Assembly: GCA_002104905.1 (NCBI GenBank)
Contig: MCFE01000159.1
Location: 1-64,000 of the forward strand
Length of the DNA stretch: 64,000 nucleotides
Reading direction: 5' to 3'
Origin: Basidiobolus meristosporus CBS 931.73
Taxonomy: Eukaryota; Fungi; Basidiobolomycota
Part shown: positions 9,769-24,827 of the stretch, piece by piece
How positions within the stretch are numbered: position 1 is the first letter of the stretch
How the letters are laid out: every line of letters starts with the position of its first letter
The notes under the pieces: model-generated
Databases searched by the model: none
What the model was told of the DNA's origin: nothing
The model's input: only the letters and a program-made list of their open reading frames with translations
Made by a program: the position numbers and the translations under genes

Positions 9769-12700
9769 TGTTATGATCTGCCAGTTGAATGTTTAAGTTA
9801 GATCAGTTTTAAGTCAATTCAATTATTTATATTTTAGGTTGTCAGTATATAAGTATTATCTATCAGATCAGTACCATTAGTTAGTAAATGAATCATCAGA
9901 TCCTTATCAGACAGAAAAAGTTGTATTAAGTAGGATCTTATTAGGTAGTGATGATGCAATAATATGTATCATCAGCCACAACCTACATTAGGAAATACAA
10001 TGAGTCAGCAATTGATCTGGCAAAAGTGTATATAAGGAGCTGCTGGAACCTCAGTAAAATTCAGTTCAAGCTTTAGTAAATTCAATACTAGCTAAACTCC
10101 CTACTCCTCTACAACTCTTATATCAGGACATGTAACATTGGTAGCAGCAAAAATCAGAAACCGCCCTCAAGATGTCCAAAAATCAAGAATGAAAGAATTT
10201 TATGTGGCAAATCCTGGCCCAGCAGCAACAGTTACTCCAGATCCTTAGCCAGCAGCAACAAGGAATGACTACCATGGCTTAAAGCCAGTAAAACTGTGTC
10301 AAGAGCAACTTTAGTGTGAAGGTCAACTGTAACCATGGTAGAGTCAGTGCCAACATGGGAATTTGGCTCTTCCAGATTGAAGATGCTTTCAATGCTAAGG
10401 GAAATGCTCCAGAAAGCAAGTTACATTACGCAGCCTCCTACCTGGCATATGCAGCTTTACATTGGTACCACAACAAGATCAGGTCAGCTACTATTATGGG
10501 AAGCTCTACAATCTCTACTGGGGATGAGTTCATGTTGGAAATTCAGGATGATTTTGAGCCTCCACACCAGCAGACACTGCTAAGAAGAAAGTAGAAGATA
10601 CTTGGACAGGAAGGAATAGTTCAAGAGTAGATCTATGAATATAAATGTCTACTTAGACCAATTGAAACAATGGACTTTCTGAATCAAGTGGAATGCTTTA
10701 TTGATGGGCTGAAAGAATGAACTTGCAAGGAAGTGAATTATTGAAGACCTCAGACTATTGAAGAAGCCATCAAGATTGCCATTGACTATGACTCAGCTAA
10801 GCTTAGAGTTGGGAAGCCCTAATGACTAATCAGAGAGGCTATAATCACCATGAAAGAAGACAATCAGAAGCAGTGCCAATGGAAATAGAGGCTATGCAGA
10901 AGAATCCTACCTTGGAAGAATGTAAGAAGAAAGGACTTTGCTTTAATTGTCACCAGCAGGGACATATTGCAAAGTACTGCCCTCAGAGAAGAAATGGACA
11001 CCAGCCATCAAGAACCTTCAGCCATATTGAAGCCCTTGAGCATAGTACCATGGAGAATGAACTTGAAGAAGACACAGAACTTGCCTTCCATATGATAAAA
11101 CAATACTTATCCCAGATGACCTCAAACTCAGGAAAGCTATTTTAATTGAATGGAGTAATCAATGGAGTATCTGTTATGATCATGATTGATGCAGGAGCAT
11201 TGCATGAGTACATGTCCGAGCAATTTGCTATGTAGGCTGGAATCAACTGGGAACCCACCAAATCAACTTTGGTCTCAACAGCAGATGGGAACTCTGACAT
11301 AATCAACCTCATCACTCAGCCAGTAAGGATGAAGATCAATGACTGCAAAGAAGACCTACTGGCCTATATATTTGGGAACTGCAAGTTTGACCTTATACTT
11401 GTAAAAACCTGGCTATTTTGTTGTAATCCTTCATTTAACTGGAGAACGCATGCTACTCAGATCCAGAAGGACAACAAGACCTGTGAGCTATCACCTGCCA
11501 GACTAGATCTCAACTTGGTCAATTCTAGTGTATGTGAAATAAGTGAACTTGGCAAGACACAGTTCTGTAGAGCACTTAGGAAAGGCACCCAAATGTTCCT
11601 TGTGGCTGTATTACAGGAGGATCCCCCCACTCCAGCACCCCAGAAGGTCCAGACTCTCTTAAAGGAATATTCAGATGTACTTCCAGATGAACTTGTAACC
11701 TACCACCAGTCCAAGATGTGGATCATGCCATTGACACAGGAGATAGGCCCCAAGTGAGTAAGACACCTTATAGAATGAGTCCATAAGAGTTGGAAGAAAT
11801 GAAGAGACAAATAGTTCAGTTATTGGAGCAAGGATATTAGACCCAGCAAGTCCCCTTGGGAGGCAACAGTATGATTTGTGAAAAAGAAGGATGGAACACT
11901 TAATAAATGCATTGACTACATATCCCTCAGCTTGGTTACCATCAAGAATAAGTACCCTATACCTTGGATTGATGAGCTTGTGGACCAACTCAATGGTGCC
12001 ACCATATTCAGCAAGACTGACCTTATGTCAGGATACTACCAGATCAGGGTGAAACCAGAGGACACCCCTAAGACAGCATTCAGGATCAGATATGGACAGT
12101 ACAAGTACGTAGTTATGAGTTTTGGCCTTGCCAATGCCCCTGCAACATTCATGACCCTGATGCAGACTGTCTTCTGGCAGTACTTAGACAAGTTTGTGAT
12201 AATCTACATAGATGATATATTGATACACAGCAAGACAGAAGAAGATCACTTAGTGCACATTGAAAAGGACCTGAAGAAGCCAAGAGAGAACAAGCTATAT
12301 GGCAAGCTAGCCATGTTTGAGTTCTTCAAGTAACATGCTGAATATCTGGGACACATAGTGACTAGCACAGGAGTGACCTTAGACCCCAGGAAGGTTGAAG
12401 TTATCAAAAATCTGAAGGAGCCCCACAGAATATCAGAACACAGCTCATTCCATGGAATGGTTTCCTGTTATTGGAGATTTGTCAAGTCCTTTGCAACTAT
12501 TGAAGCCCCTTTAACTGATATCCTTAAGAAAGACAATACCTATAAGTGGCACATGGCCTTTGAGACTGCCTTTCAGATGCTAAAGAATGAACTTGCTAAG
12601 CTGCCAAGCTTAAGAATACCTGACTTCAGAAAAGAGTTTACTCTGTGCATAGATGCTTCAGATTATGCAATTAGCAAAGTGCTGAGCAAAGAACAATAGG

Positions 12701-13705
12701 AAAAGGACTACCAAGTTGCCTTTGAGAATATGAGGGAAAGGACTAGCCAGTTGCTTTTAAGTCCAAAAAACAATGCTATGCAGTGCATGAGAAGGAGATG
12801 CTTGCTATGATAAACTGCTTGGAGATATGGAGATGCTATATTGGAAGAGTCAAATGCACTGTGAAGACTGATCATGTGTGAATTTAGTACATAAGCTACA
12901 CAATGGATGTGGACATCTTGGAATTGAAGGAACCTATAGTCTTGTGAAAGCCAGAGCATGGTGGCCCAGAATGAAAGAAGATATGGAAAAGCTAGTGAAA
13001 ACATGCCTAAATTGCCAAATCAACCAAGGCCAACCACAGAGAATTGCTGAATTCTTTCCCTTGAAGCCTGTAAGGCCATTTGAAAGATGGGGAATTGACT
13101 TTATTGGAAGACTGCCATTAACTGTTGGAGCTGTTGGATCCTAGTAGCAATTGACCATGCCACTAAATGGCCAATGGATTAAGCACTACCTGTAGCCAGT
13201 GAACAAGAAGTTGCAAGTTTCATCTACCATGAGATCATTATGAAGTTTGGATGCCCTGTAGAGATTTTATCCAACTGAGGAGCAAACTTTATGGCAAAGA
13301 GATTGAAAGCCTAACTGGAAATGCAGTACATTAGACACTTGAAAACCTTTGCATTTTTCCCTAGAAATACTGGAGTCACTGGGTGGTTTAATGGATATTT
13401 TGAAAAATGCTGGCCAAGTATGCAAATAGAGCTGTCAGAAGAAGGGATGAGTATATAGACCAAGTACTTTTTGCATGCAGAGTTAGAGTACACAACACCA
13501 CCCAACAACTGCCATTTTACTTGGTGTATGGATGTGAACCAAGGATTCCAGGAGATCTCACACAACAATAGCTTACAGATGCCTTAGAAGATGAACTCAG
13601 TTGGCCAAATAGACACCAGCAGCTGGAACAAAGACATCAAGAGGTACAGGCCAAAGTATCTCAAAGTGCAGAAAAGATGAAGCAGAGATTTGAAAAGACT
13701 ATATC
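9769..13705 (+). mobile_element. Ty3/gypsy element G1, 3'-truncated, decayed
   Basis: 5' LTR 9769-10137 (TGTTA...TAACA); PBS TGGTAGCAG; gag, CFNCHQQGHIAKYC knuckle, PR, RT (YIDD), RNase H and IN fragments. Internal deletion of about 350 bp versus G2; ends at a foreign LTR at 13706. Confidence 0.93.
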
Positions 13706-14074
13706 TGTTGCAATTTAAGAAGTGATTTGGATATAAGGAACTTATCAAGAAATAGTGATAATTGTTGAGCTATTGTTTATTAATAAAAAAAGCTCAGCAT
13801 GTATACCTTTGTAGAAGTAATATAGGTGTAACACTAAGTAAGGAGGGTTTCTCAATATTCAGGAGCATTCTGTAACAGTTTCAGGGATAGTACATAATGT
13901 TTGGTAAAAGTGCAAATTTGTTCTTGGCTATAAGGGAATAATCATAGTATTGTAGATCTGGAGAAAGTGCAAAGTTGGGGCTTTAGGCTATTCCTACAGT
14001 GACCAAGACTAGTCCAGAATTGCTAAATTAACTTTTAGCTGCTGAATAATAACAAAGAGTCCAACATTTCAACA
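13706..14074 (-). repeat. LTR of the 7088-7455 family, truncating G1
   Basis: Reverse complement reads TGTTGAAATGTTG...AAATTGCAACA and aligns along its whole length with 7088-7455; flanks ATATC/GAATT do not match. Confidence 0.8.
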
Positions 14075-14323
14075 GAATTCTCCTGTAATACTGCTATGAA
14101 GAGCATTCAGGTACCTTCTCCATAGTGCTCTAAAGAACTGTGACTAGCTGAGTTCATTTGTGTCCAAAAGACTGGAATTAGTCAAGTTAGCATCCAGTCA
14201 AGCAGGTAGGTGCTTATAAGTCTGGTTGTCCAAGTAGCATGAGTTCTCAAAGTGATTGATGGATTGCAGATGAATAGTCATGCTTTTTCAGGTACCAGGT
14301 GAAATTTGCAGTTTACAAACATA

Positions 14324-14692
14324 TGTTACAAGTCTTGGTATAAGATTTGTAGAGGAATAGGGAGTTTAGATAGTATTGTATCCACTAAGACTTGTACTGA
14401 TTTTTATTGAGGTTCCAGCAGCTCCTTTTATACACTTTTGCCAGAAAATTGCTGACTAACTCTATTATTCAATGTATGTTGTGGCTGATGACACATTTGA
14501 TTGCATCATTATCACCTAATTAGATCTTGCCTAATATATCTATTTCTGTTTGATAAATATCTGCTGATTCATCAGCAAACTAATACAACTGAATTGATAG
14601 ACAACACTAATATACTGATAGGCTAAGCATAAAACTAATCAAATTGAATAAAAAGTGATCTAACTTAATCATTCAGGTGGTGGATAATAACG
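14324..14692 (-). repeat. gypsy G-family LTR, inverted, isolated
   Basis: Reverse complement aligns with the G1/G2 LTRs (GGAGCTGCTGGAACCTCAATAAA, CTAAACTCCCTATTCCTCTACA); no clear TSD. Confidence 0.85.
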
Positions 14693-17600
14693 CAATCAAT
14701 GTCCCTGATATAGAAAGCAATAGACTTGTTCCATTGTATTGTGCCAGGGTGTGCAGTATAATCTACGGTTGTTGAATATAATTGGGCATGATATTGAAGC
14801 TACTGGTGCAGTGGGGTCACAGTGACACCCACTGACAGATGTGTTCTTTTGCTTACTTTCTACTTCCCTATTTCTCTACTACACTTATTCAAGTTTTATC
14901 CCATTTGGCTTACTTGACCAGTACTATCCCATAAGCTGGCTGACAATCACACCTGCTTACCTTATTGCATAAGTTATCCCTCAATATATGTAAGATTACT
15001 AGCTGTAAGTGCTTCTGATAGGCAAGTAAATCTCAAAGGATGCTGAAACCAGCACACACTTTTATTAAATGCCAACCAAGTTGGGGATTTTAGCTCAATA
15101 GTTCTCACTTGAAGAGCTTGTGGCTTTATTCCCCATCACATTAAATTAGAGAAAGAACCCAAGTATTCTTAGCCAGCTTTTGCCAGAGGTTATTGTACCT
15201 AGTGAACACCCCATACACAATACACTTGAGAAGTGTTGGATGTATCTCTCCCTTGGACTTAAACACCACCACACCAATAGGCAGGACTACTCTTGGACAA
15301 TTTTGCACTACATTGAACCATCAGGCACACTATGGCTCAATCAGACATGATGAGATAGGCATGGATGATTGCGCTAACCTGTAATGTATGCATCACAAGC
15401 ACAATTTGATACCTCAATTGTGGTTGGTAAAATTTTGTATTTGGATATGTTTCTTTAATATAATTAGCAATAAATCTGTATCAGACTATTAACTACACTG
15501 ATATTTACCATGTTGGTTACCATCATTCTAACTGGATAGTGAGTCTATGGTTGACTGGTCTAAAAGTATCATGAAGCTGTGTGCCCCTAATTGGCTCATT
15601 GAGTGATACATAAGCTAACTGACTTGGTATCAAATATTTTATTCTGCCCATTGAGCAAGCAAGCTCCTGATCTTAGTGATTGGATGAGGTGTCATAGCTA
15701 TCACACAAAGGATTGTGTAGGTGTGAATCAAATCAAATAGCACAGGTGGTGTTGCAGATGATATATATATGTAGGGTGTTTAATTTTATAGGCCCTATCT
15801 CACATGTGAGACAACCTTGATAATACTTAAATCAGAAGTCTGGTGCTCAATGATTTGTAATAGCTCAACTCAGATTGCCAAAAAAATGTGCTCTTTGGAT
15901 AATGCTAAATGATAGCAATTCAGTACAACTGCATTTTCTTATCAGTTTTTTCTTACAGGCATTACCGCTTAAGCATTTGGTAGTGATCCACTTTGCACAC
16001 CTACACTACCTCCTTATTGACAATGATCTTTGCAACTTGTGTTTGTGTAGCCAGTTTTCTGCTTCCTATTTGATCCATATAATGCTGCAGCTTGGTCATG
16101 CTGAATTGCTTCAAATGAAGTAATGGAAGCAGCTCAATGTGGCATGTGCTGATGCATTCTTTTACTTGCCAAAGCCTCTTGTGGTGCAGGCACTTCATGT
16201 TGGACATTGTCAGTCAGTTAACCAGAAGTAACTTGTGGATTGTTAGGTATAATTGCACATGCAAGCACAACATGTTGCATTGTCATGGCTCTTGGCAGAG
16301 TTTGATGTGTTGTCACATGTTGCTGCAACTTAGCCTGCTCCATTGGACTTATGTCTAAATGAGCAGATTGGCAAGCTTAGGTAATTTTGCTCTGAAGCAT
16401 ATGTGTTGATCTGATGCACATTAACTCAATGCGAGGCACTCTGGTGTAGGGTGCTGTCATAAAATGGACTGACATGTGCTGGCATGCTGGTATTACAAGG
16501 GATGGAAAGGAATTCAGCAAGGCAAGCTGGTGCAATCTTGATGTAGTTGCTTGCAGTCGGTATTCTTCCTCTTGAAGCTCAAATTCTAACTTCTCAAGGT
16601 ATTCACCTACCTTTTGATTGATATTTTGGAACTGCTGCCTGATGATGATGATGTGTCCTATGTATATTGCTCTCAGAAGCCACTTTACTCTACTAATTTA
16701 TCATGCAGTACATCAATCATTAGAAGCAGAAACACAATCCAAATCTCATTGGTTCCCTAGTCTGAGGTCAAAATGGACACATCTGGCCACTACTGTGCAT
16801 ATTGCATATAGATTGCTCCTACACAGCTTCCTTATTGAATTCCCTCACTCTCAGCGCATACTTAATTTCAATGCTTGTCTTGTTATATATTCTTCTTACA
16901 TATGTCTGCTGGCATCTTCATGTACAGCTCATGCCACAGCTTTCTACTCATATTCATCCATCTCTGTTGACTCTCTGAGGTTTCTAGTTCTGATAGATTA
17001 ATAGTAGTGCCAAAATATCTGAATGAAGGCTCCTCACAGACACTTGGGCTGTTCTAAATCATTAGGCAAGAACTCAGACAGGATCTGACATTAGTTTTTA
17101 GATCCAGACCATGCTTGTGAGCTGAGGGATTAGTCTTGTCTGGGTTGCACTGAAGATGAGGCAAGACTTGGTATGGAGACCATAGTGACGGATTTGCCTA
17201 CTGACACAGTAGTATATTGGCATCAGCTGGAGCTTATACAAAGCATATGTGATAATTAATGTGATTATTGAGTTTTCTATATGCTGTAGATGATGGATCT
17301 TGGATTGCATTGATATGGATCAGACCACATCAATTGCATATTTCTATATCATTATAGATTTTGAGTAAATCTGCAATAAAATCACCAAGTCATTGTTTGA
17401 GGATGATTTTTGCAACATAATGAGGGGATACATGGCAATTGATGGAGATTTCATCACAATGCAGGGGAAATCAGATAAACTAAGCAGATTATGCCAGATT
17501 CAAAGCACATCAGTTTTAATTTGACTTACTCATCTGAATAACTGTTTCTCAGTAATCCCATGACTACAACTAGATTGTCTCTTGACACATTAGAGGAGAT

Positions 17601-17879
17601 ATATACAAAGTACTGTGGACCATCTGCCCCAATCTACTCAAGAACATCCCTTGTTAAGCGTTGCTGATAATACAAGAACTATTGCCCTATAAGGTTTCAT
17701 TACACAATTCATGCCAGGAAGAGTTCTAGATGCAATCATTCCCAGCTGACAGCAATGGAGAAGCACCTTGCAGAGGGTATGAATTACTTGCAGCATGCTG
17801 GGAATACAAAAGTCAGAAGCTCCAATAGGCTTCTGTATCACAGAGTGTTCAGCTACCAGTTCCATATCAGAAGCATTTT

Positions 17880-20800
17880 GGATACCTTCCGGTCATGATT
17901 AATAGAACTTCTGGAGGGCAGAGGCACTTTTATTCTGGTAAATGCAAGGCACACTGGGTGAAGTTTCAGGCACTCTCTGACATGAGGGTAATATCATTTG
18001 ATATAGTGGGCCATTTGCTGGAAGTAAGCATGACAAAGCACTCTGGGTAGTGAATCATCAAGAATTCAGTGAAGTGGAGAAGTGTATGGCATACTTAGGT
18101 TACATAGGAAGGGATGGCCATAGATTAGGATATATCACAGCTTAGAGTGTTGTGATCTGCCGCTTGAATGTTTAAGCTAGATCAGTCTTTAGTCATATCA
18201 ATTAGTGTATATTTAGGTTATCAGTATAACAGTATTATCTACCAAATCAGTAGCATCAGTCAGCAAATGAATCAGCAGATCATTATCAGACACAAATAGA
18301 TATACCAGGTAGGATCTTATCCGGTAATGATGATGCAATCAAATGAGTCATCAGCCACAACCTACATTAGGAAGTACAATTAGTTAGCAATTGATCTGGC
18401 AAAATGTCTATAAGGAGCTGCTGGAACCTCAATAAAGATCAGTTCAAGTTTTAGTGAATACAATACTAGCTAAACTCCCTATTCCTCCACAACTCTTGTA
18501 CCAAGACTTGTAACATTGTTAGCAGCAATAACCAGAGACCTCCCTCCCGAAGAAAGACAAAGCCTCCCTCAAGATGTCCAAAAATCAAGAACAGAAGAAA
18601 GCTCTGCAGCAAGTCCTGGCCCAGCATAACAGTTACTCAAGATCCTTAGCCAGCAACAACAAGGAATGACTACTATGGCCCAAAGCCAGCCAAACCCTGT
18701 CAAGAGCAAGTTTAGTGCAAAAGTCAACCAGTACCATGGCAGAGTCAATGAAAACCTGGGAACTTGGCTCTTCCAGATTGAAGAAGCTTACAAGGCTATG
18801 GGAATTGCGCCAGAAAGCAAGTTACATTATGCAGCCTCTTACCTGGCAGATGCAGCTTTACAGTGGTACCCCAACAAGATCAGGTCATCCACCACAATAG
18901 GATGCTCTACAATCTCTACCTGGGATGAGTTTGTGTTGGAAATTCAGGATGCCTTTGAACCCCCACACCAACAGACACTACTAAGAAGAAAGCAGAAGAT
19001 ACTCAGACAGAAAGGAATGGTCCAGGAGTACACCTATGAATATAGGTGTCTACTTGGACAAATTGAAAGAATGGACCCTCTGGATCAAGTTGAGTACTTT
19101 ATTGATGGGTTAAAAGAACTTGTAAGGAAGTGACTTATCAGAGACCTCAGACTATTGAAAAGCCATCAAGATTGCCAATGACTATGACTTAGCTATGTTT
19201 GAAGTTGGGAAGCCCACAATGACTAATCAGAGAAGCCACAATCACTATGAAAGAAGACAGTCAGAAGCAGTGCCTATGTAAATAGATGCTATAGAGAAGA
19301 ATCCTACCTCAGAAGAATGTAAGAAGAAAGAACTTTGCTTTAATTGTCACCAGCAGGGACATATTGCAAAGTACTGCCCTCAGAGAAGAAATGGACACCT
19401 GCCATCATGAACCTTCAACTCTATTGATGCCCAGGAGCAAAGTAACATGAAGGATGAATTTGAAGAAGACGCAGGACTCACCTTCCATATGACAGAAGAA
19501 TACCTTTCCCTGATGACCGCAAGCTCAGGAAAGCTATTATACATGAATGGAGTAATCAATGGAGTATCTGCCAAAATCATGATTGACTCAGGAGCATTGC
19601 ACATGTACATGTCAGAGCAATTTGCTTTGAAAGCTGGAATCAACTTGGAACCAACCAAATCAACTTTGGTCTCAACAGCTGATGGGAACTCTCACATAAT
19701 CAACCCTATTGCTCAGCCAGTAAGGATGAAGATCAATGACTATGAAGAAGATCTACAGGCCCATATATTTGGGAGCTGTAAGTTTGACCTTGTACTTGGG
19801 AAAACCTGGCTATTTTGTTGTAATCCATCAATCAAATGGAGAACCCATGCAACACAGATACAGAAGGACAACAAGACCTACAAGCTATTACCAGCCAGAC
19901 TGGATCTTAACTTGGTCAATTCCAGTGTGTGTGAAACAAGTGAACTTAGCAAGACACAGTTCTCTAGAGTACTAAGAAAAGGCACCCAGATGTTCCTCAT
20001 GGCAGTATTACAGGAGGATTCCTGTACACCAATACCCCAAAAGGTCCAGACTCTTTTCAAGGAATATTCAGACTTATTTCCAGATGAAATTGTAAGCCTA
20101 CCACCAGTCAAAGACATAGATCATGCCATTGACACAGGAGATAGCCCCCCAGTGAGTAAGACACCTTACAAAATGAGTTCATTGGAGTTGGAAGAGATGA
20201 AGAGACAAATAGATCAGTTATTGGAGCACAAATATATCAGGCCCAGCAAGTCACCTTGGGAAGCACCAGTTCTTTTTGTGAAGAAGAAGGATGGAACTCT
20301 TAGGACATGTATTGACTACAGAGCCCTCAACTCAGTTACTGTGAAGAAGAAGTACCCCATATCTTGGATTGATGAGCTTTTGGACCAACTCAATGGAGCA
20401 ACTTTATTCAGCAAGATTGACCTCATGTCAGGATACAACCAGATCAGGGTGAAGCCAGAAGATATCCTTAAGACAGCGTTCAGGACCAGATATGGACATC
20501 AAAAGTACTTAGTCAGGAGTTTTGGCCTCACCAATACCCCTGCAACATTCATGACACTGATGCAGACTGTCTTCCAGGAGTACTTAGACAGGTTTGTGAT
20601 AATCTACCTGGATGACAGATGGATATACAGCAAAACAGAAAAGGGTCATGTGGTGCACACTGAAAAGGTCTTGAAGAAGCTAAGAGAGAACAAGCTATAT
20701 GGCAAGCTAGCCAAGTGTGAATTCTTCAAGGAACACGTTGAATACCAGGGACACATAGTGACTAGCACAGGAGTAATCTTAAACCCTAAGAAGGTTGAAG

Positions 20801-23190
20801 TTATAAAGAACCTGAAGCAGCCCCACAGCATATCAGAACTCAGATCATTCCTTGGAATGGTTTCCTATTATTGGAGATTTGTCAAGTCCTTTGCAAGTAT
20901 TGTAGCCCACTTGAATGATATCCTCAAGAAAGACAACGCCTATAAGTGGGACATAGCTTGTGAGACTGCCTTTCAGATGCTCAAGAATGAACTTGCCAAA
21001 CTACCAAGCTTAAGAATACCTGACTTCAGAAAAGAGTTTAATCTGTGCATGGATGCTTCAGATTATGCAATTGGTGGAGAGTTGAGTGAAGTACACAAGG
21101 GAAAGAACTACCCTGTTGCCTTTGAATCCAAGAAACTGAACTCAGCAGAACAAATCTATCCAGTGCATGAGAAGGATATGCTTGCTATTATACACTGTTT
21201 GAAGACATGGAGATGCTATATTGAAGGAGTCAAATGCACTGTGAAGACTGATCATGCCTCCCTCAAGTATACATTTACTCAGAAGGTACTCTCCAGAAGA
21301 ATGAAAAGATGGAGTGAATACATTCAGCAATTTGACTTAGAGATTGTCTACTGCCCTGGAAAAATCAACACGGTTGCTGCTGCCTTATCAAGATTAGAAC
21401 AAGTTGCACAACTCCACTTGGTGCATGAATCAGATTGGCCTAGCCTATTACCAAAGTAATTTGAGGACCAAGCCATTCCTAATCAGGTGGATGAAGATAT
21501 CAAGAAGATAATCCAGGATGAAGCCAGAAAATTAATAGTACAGGATGAAACACTCCTCCAGATTGTTGATGGAAGCCCTGTTGCCTATAACCCTTATGTT
21601 TCTTGCCTGGATTTAATACATACGCTACACAATGGATAAGGACATCTTGGAATTGAAGGAACATATAGCCTTGTGAAAGCCAGAGCATGGTGGCCCAGAC
21701 TGAAACAAGACATTGAGAAGCCAGTAAAGAAATTCTCAAATTGCCAAATCAACCAAGGCCAACCACAGAGAATTGGTGAACTCTTTCCCTTGGAGCCTGT
21801 AAGATCCTTTGAAAGATGGGGAATTGACATTACTGGAAGACTGCCAACTACCAGGAAATGCAACCATTGGATCATAGTAGCAATTGATCATGCCACCAAA
21901 TTTCCAGTTGCTAAAGCTGTATCTATAGCCAGTGAACAAGAAGTTGCAAGTTTCATTTACCATGAGATCCTGATGAAGTTTGGATGCCCTGTGGAGATCT
22001 TATATGATAGAGGAGCAAGCTTTATGGCAAAGACATTGCAAGCTTACCTGGAAAAGCAGCAGATCAAACACTTGAAAACCTTCGCATATCACCCCAGAAC
22101 TAATGGAGTCACTGAACGGTTTAATGGATTATTTGAAAAAATGCTGACCAAGTATGCAAATGGAGTTGTCAGTAGATGGGATGAGTATAAAGACCAAGCA
22201 CTCATTGCATGCAGAGTCAGAGTACACAATACCACCCAGCAATTGCCATTTGACTTAGTGTATGGATGTGAACCTAGGATTCCAGGATATCTCACATAAC
22301 CAAAGCTCACAGACACCTTAGAAGATTAACTCAGTCAGCCAAATAGACATCAGCAACTGGAACAAAGATGTCAAGAGGCACAGACCAAAGTATCTCAAAG
22401 TGCAGAAAAGATGAAGCAGAGATTTGATAAGACTATAGCACCAGAAGCATTGACAGTTGGGAACTTTGTATTGCTAAGAATCAATACTCAGAAGAAGTTT
22501 GAGCCACAATGGACAGGACCATTCAAGATCATCAGGGAATGTCCATTTGTAACTTACCAACTAGTGGACAAACAAGGCAATATCCGGAAAGACTTAATGC
22601 ATAGGGACAGACTCAAGCTTGCAAGACTTGCTGTTAATACTGAAACATCAAGATATTGGTATCACAAGAAAAGGGATTCAGAAGAACCCTCTCAATCTTA
22701 GTAGGGGAGAATGCTATGATCTGCTGCTTGAATGTTTAAGTTAGATCAGTTTTTAGTCAAATCAATTAGTATATTTTAGGTTATCAGTATATTAGTATTA
22801 TCTATCAAATCAGTAGCATTAGTCAGCAAATGAATCAGCAGATCCTTATCAGACAGAAATAGATATACTAGGTAGGATCTTATTGAGTGATGATGATGCA
22901 ATCAAATGAGTCATCAGCCACAGCCTACATAAGAAAATACAATTAGTCAGCAATTGATCTGGCAAAATGTATATAAAGAGCTGCTGGTACCTCAATCAAG
23001 ATCAGTTCAAGTTTTAGTGAATACAATACTAGCTAAATTCCCTATTCCTCTACAACTCTTATAGTAACACTTGTAACAATAGGAAGCCTAGGAATGGAAT
23101 ACCTAGTAGAGAGCAGAAGCTCTGTACTGTGATATTTAGCCATTTCAGAGTGAGAGTGGAGTATACATTTGGATATCTAAGAGATTAAGT
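17880..23190 (+). pseudogene. DDE_Tnp_4 (IS5/PIF-Harbinger-like) transposase split by gypsy G2
   Basis: Left of G2: QRHFYSGKCKAHWVKFQ, GPFAGSKHD, CMAYLGYIG (ADxGY motif decayed). Right of G2: RKPRNGIPSREQKL...FSHFRVRVEYTFGYL. These motifs are consecutive in the family consensus. Confidence 0.78.
18148..23078 (+). mobile_element. Ty3/gypsy element G2, full length, decayed
   Basis: LTRs 18148-18515 and 22712-23078 (roughly 88% identical by eye); PBS-like TTGTTAGCAGC; PPT AGTAGGGGAGAA; gag 18666-19133; pol 19447-21459 (IDSGA, YLDD, DAS); IN 21673-22701 with WTGPFKI. Flanks TAGAG/ATAGG do not form a clean TSD. Confidence 0.96.
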
Positions 23191-23539
23191 AAAATAGTCA
23201 AAATACGTATTAATGCACAGTGTTGTCATACAAGAAGACATCCATGGAGAGAAATGCTTCTGGAGCATTATGAAGAGTAAATAAAGCATGAAAAGCAGTG
23301 CTCTTAGCAATATAAGTAGGATTCAGCTCAACTACTGGTAACTGAGTCCTACTACTGGCATTTTGGTAGATGTTAGAGTGCCAGATTGATCCTGCACTAT
23401 TAACAAGCTGACTTTATGTTGCACTATCTATTGGAACCAGAATAATTTCTTTGCTGCTGAACTCAGGTGGCTCAATGTCATAGCCAAGAATTAAGCCACT
23501 TTCTAATGTAATAGCAGTGAACCACCATACAGTCTTTGA

Positions 23540-24827
23540 AGCACAACAACAGTGCCCAAAGATATAGCCCACAGAAAAATCTATCACAACATTAGAGGGT
23601 GAGGTTGCAGTGCTGATACCAAAGCCTAAAAATCAAAGGACATTGAAGATCTGTGAAGCTGTAGAGTGCAATGATGAGCAGTAGGCTAATAGTTGAGAGG
23701 CCATTAGAAGTCTGGCATGCTATCACCTAAAGGCTGGCATATCATGGGACCATCAGGAACTGAAGGCCAAGCAGATTGTGCTTGACTTGTTCCATGAACA
23801 TTATCCTGTATTTGAACAAGCAAACAGATTTCAGGCCAGCATTGGTATATCAAGAAGGCACCTTGAGAATAGCAGAAGCTAACAAAGGCTAAAGATCAAG
23901 GATGCTATTGCTAAAAACCAGTGGCTTCCTCAAGATCCTGGTAAAAGCAGGGCCAGAAGCTCTAAATAGGCATCAAAGAGACATCAGATAGCTTGAAGAG
24001 TGCCAATAAGAGACAAGCAGGCAGACACAGATGCACCAGCACAACATTTGTTAAGAAAAATGTGTAATTTGGCTTGAGAAGCTCACAGTGAAAGTAGCAG
24101 TGGAGGACCTGGCGTAATAAAATCTGGCAGCTACATACAGAGCCCATCATAACATGGACTGAGAGCTCAAAACAAGTGGGAAAAAATGTTAGGTTACCTG
24201 CAAAGTGTCAGCAAAGTACAAGCAGCCCAAAGCAGATGCATGAGAGCAGTATTAACAAGGAGAAAACACACTTCAATACAAGAAGCACTTAGACAAAGCA
24301 GTAGTTAAAGACCTGGCAGTAATAAAGAAAAGGTGAAGGGAAAAAAGTCTACCAAAGCCAGAGAGGTAAGCATGAGGAAAATGCTGCAGTTCTTGCCAAT
24401 TAATGCTGTAAGCCCAGAACAGACTGAATTTCCACATAGCCAAGAAGAATTACCAACAAGAAAGCCGCAGTTTTCACAAGAGTTGGAAGCGCAGCCAGTT
24501 GAGCTACACTCCAGCAAGGTAGATGAGCTTGCTGAAAAAAGCAATTTGTCTACCATGGCATCCACAGCCTCCACAGCCTCCATTGTTGAGATAGTGGGGA
24601 TCCCACTGACAGACAAAGCTACAACATCAAGAGCTCAAAAGACTATCACAATGCCTTCAGCGGAGTTTTGGAACATTAATAGGCACACCAGGAGGTTGCA
24701 GCACTTCTTCAAGAGCAGTGCTCAAAAAAACATACTGGAATATTGCAAGGATTTATTGCAAAGACTGGCAGATGAGGAGCTAGACCTTACAGTGCTGGCT
24801 GAAACCAGGACGTGTGGGAACCAGTGA
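23540..24827 (+). pseudogene. degenerate second ORF of the Harbinger-like element (putative DNA-binding accessory protein)
   Basis: Long frame with few stops (EAIRSLACYHLKAGISWDHQELKAKQIVLDLFHEHYPVFEQ...), plus ORF 24333-24827. It lies between the transposase and the right TIR; function is inferred only from position. Confidence 0.4.

Noticed and set aside
13706-14692. Inverted gypsy LTR at 14324 as the displaced 3' LTR of G1
   Set aside because: No PPT or matching TSD links it to G1; equally explained as an independent solo LTR.
15900-17000. hAT transposase relic suggested by ATCDNTSN on the minus strand
   Set aside because: Single short motif; no convincing CxxH or DxWT motifs in register. 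Left as unidentified cargo.
18143-23083. TSD for gypsy G2
   Set aside because: Flanks TAGAG and ATAGG do not match exactly. They may be a decayed TSD because the host transposase is continuous, but it is not claimed.
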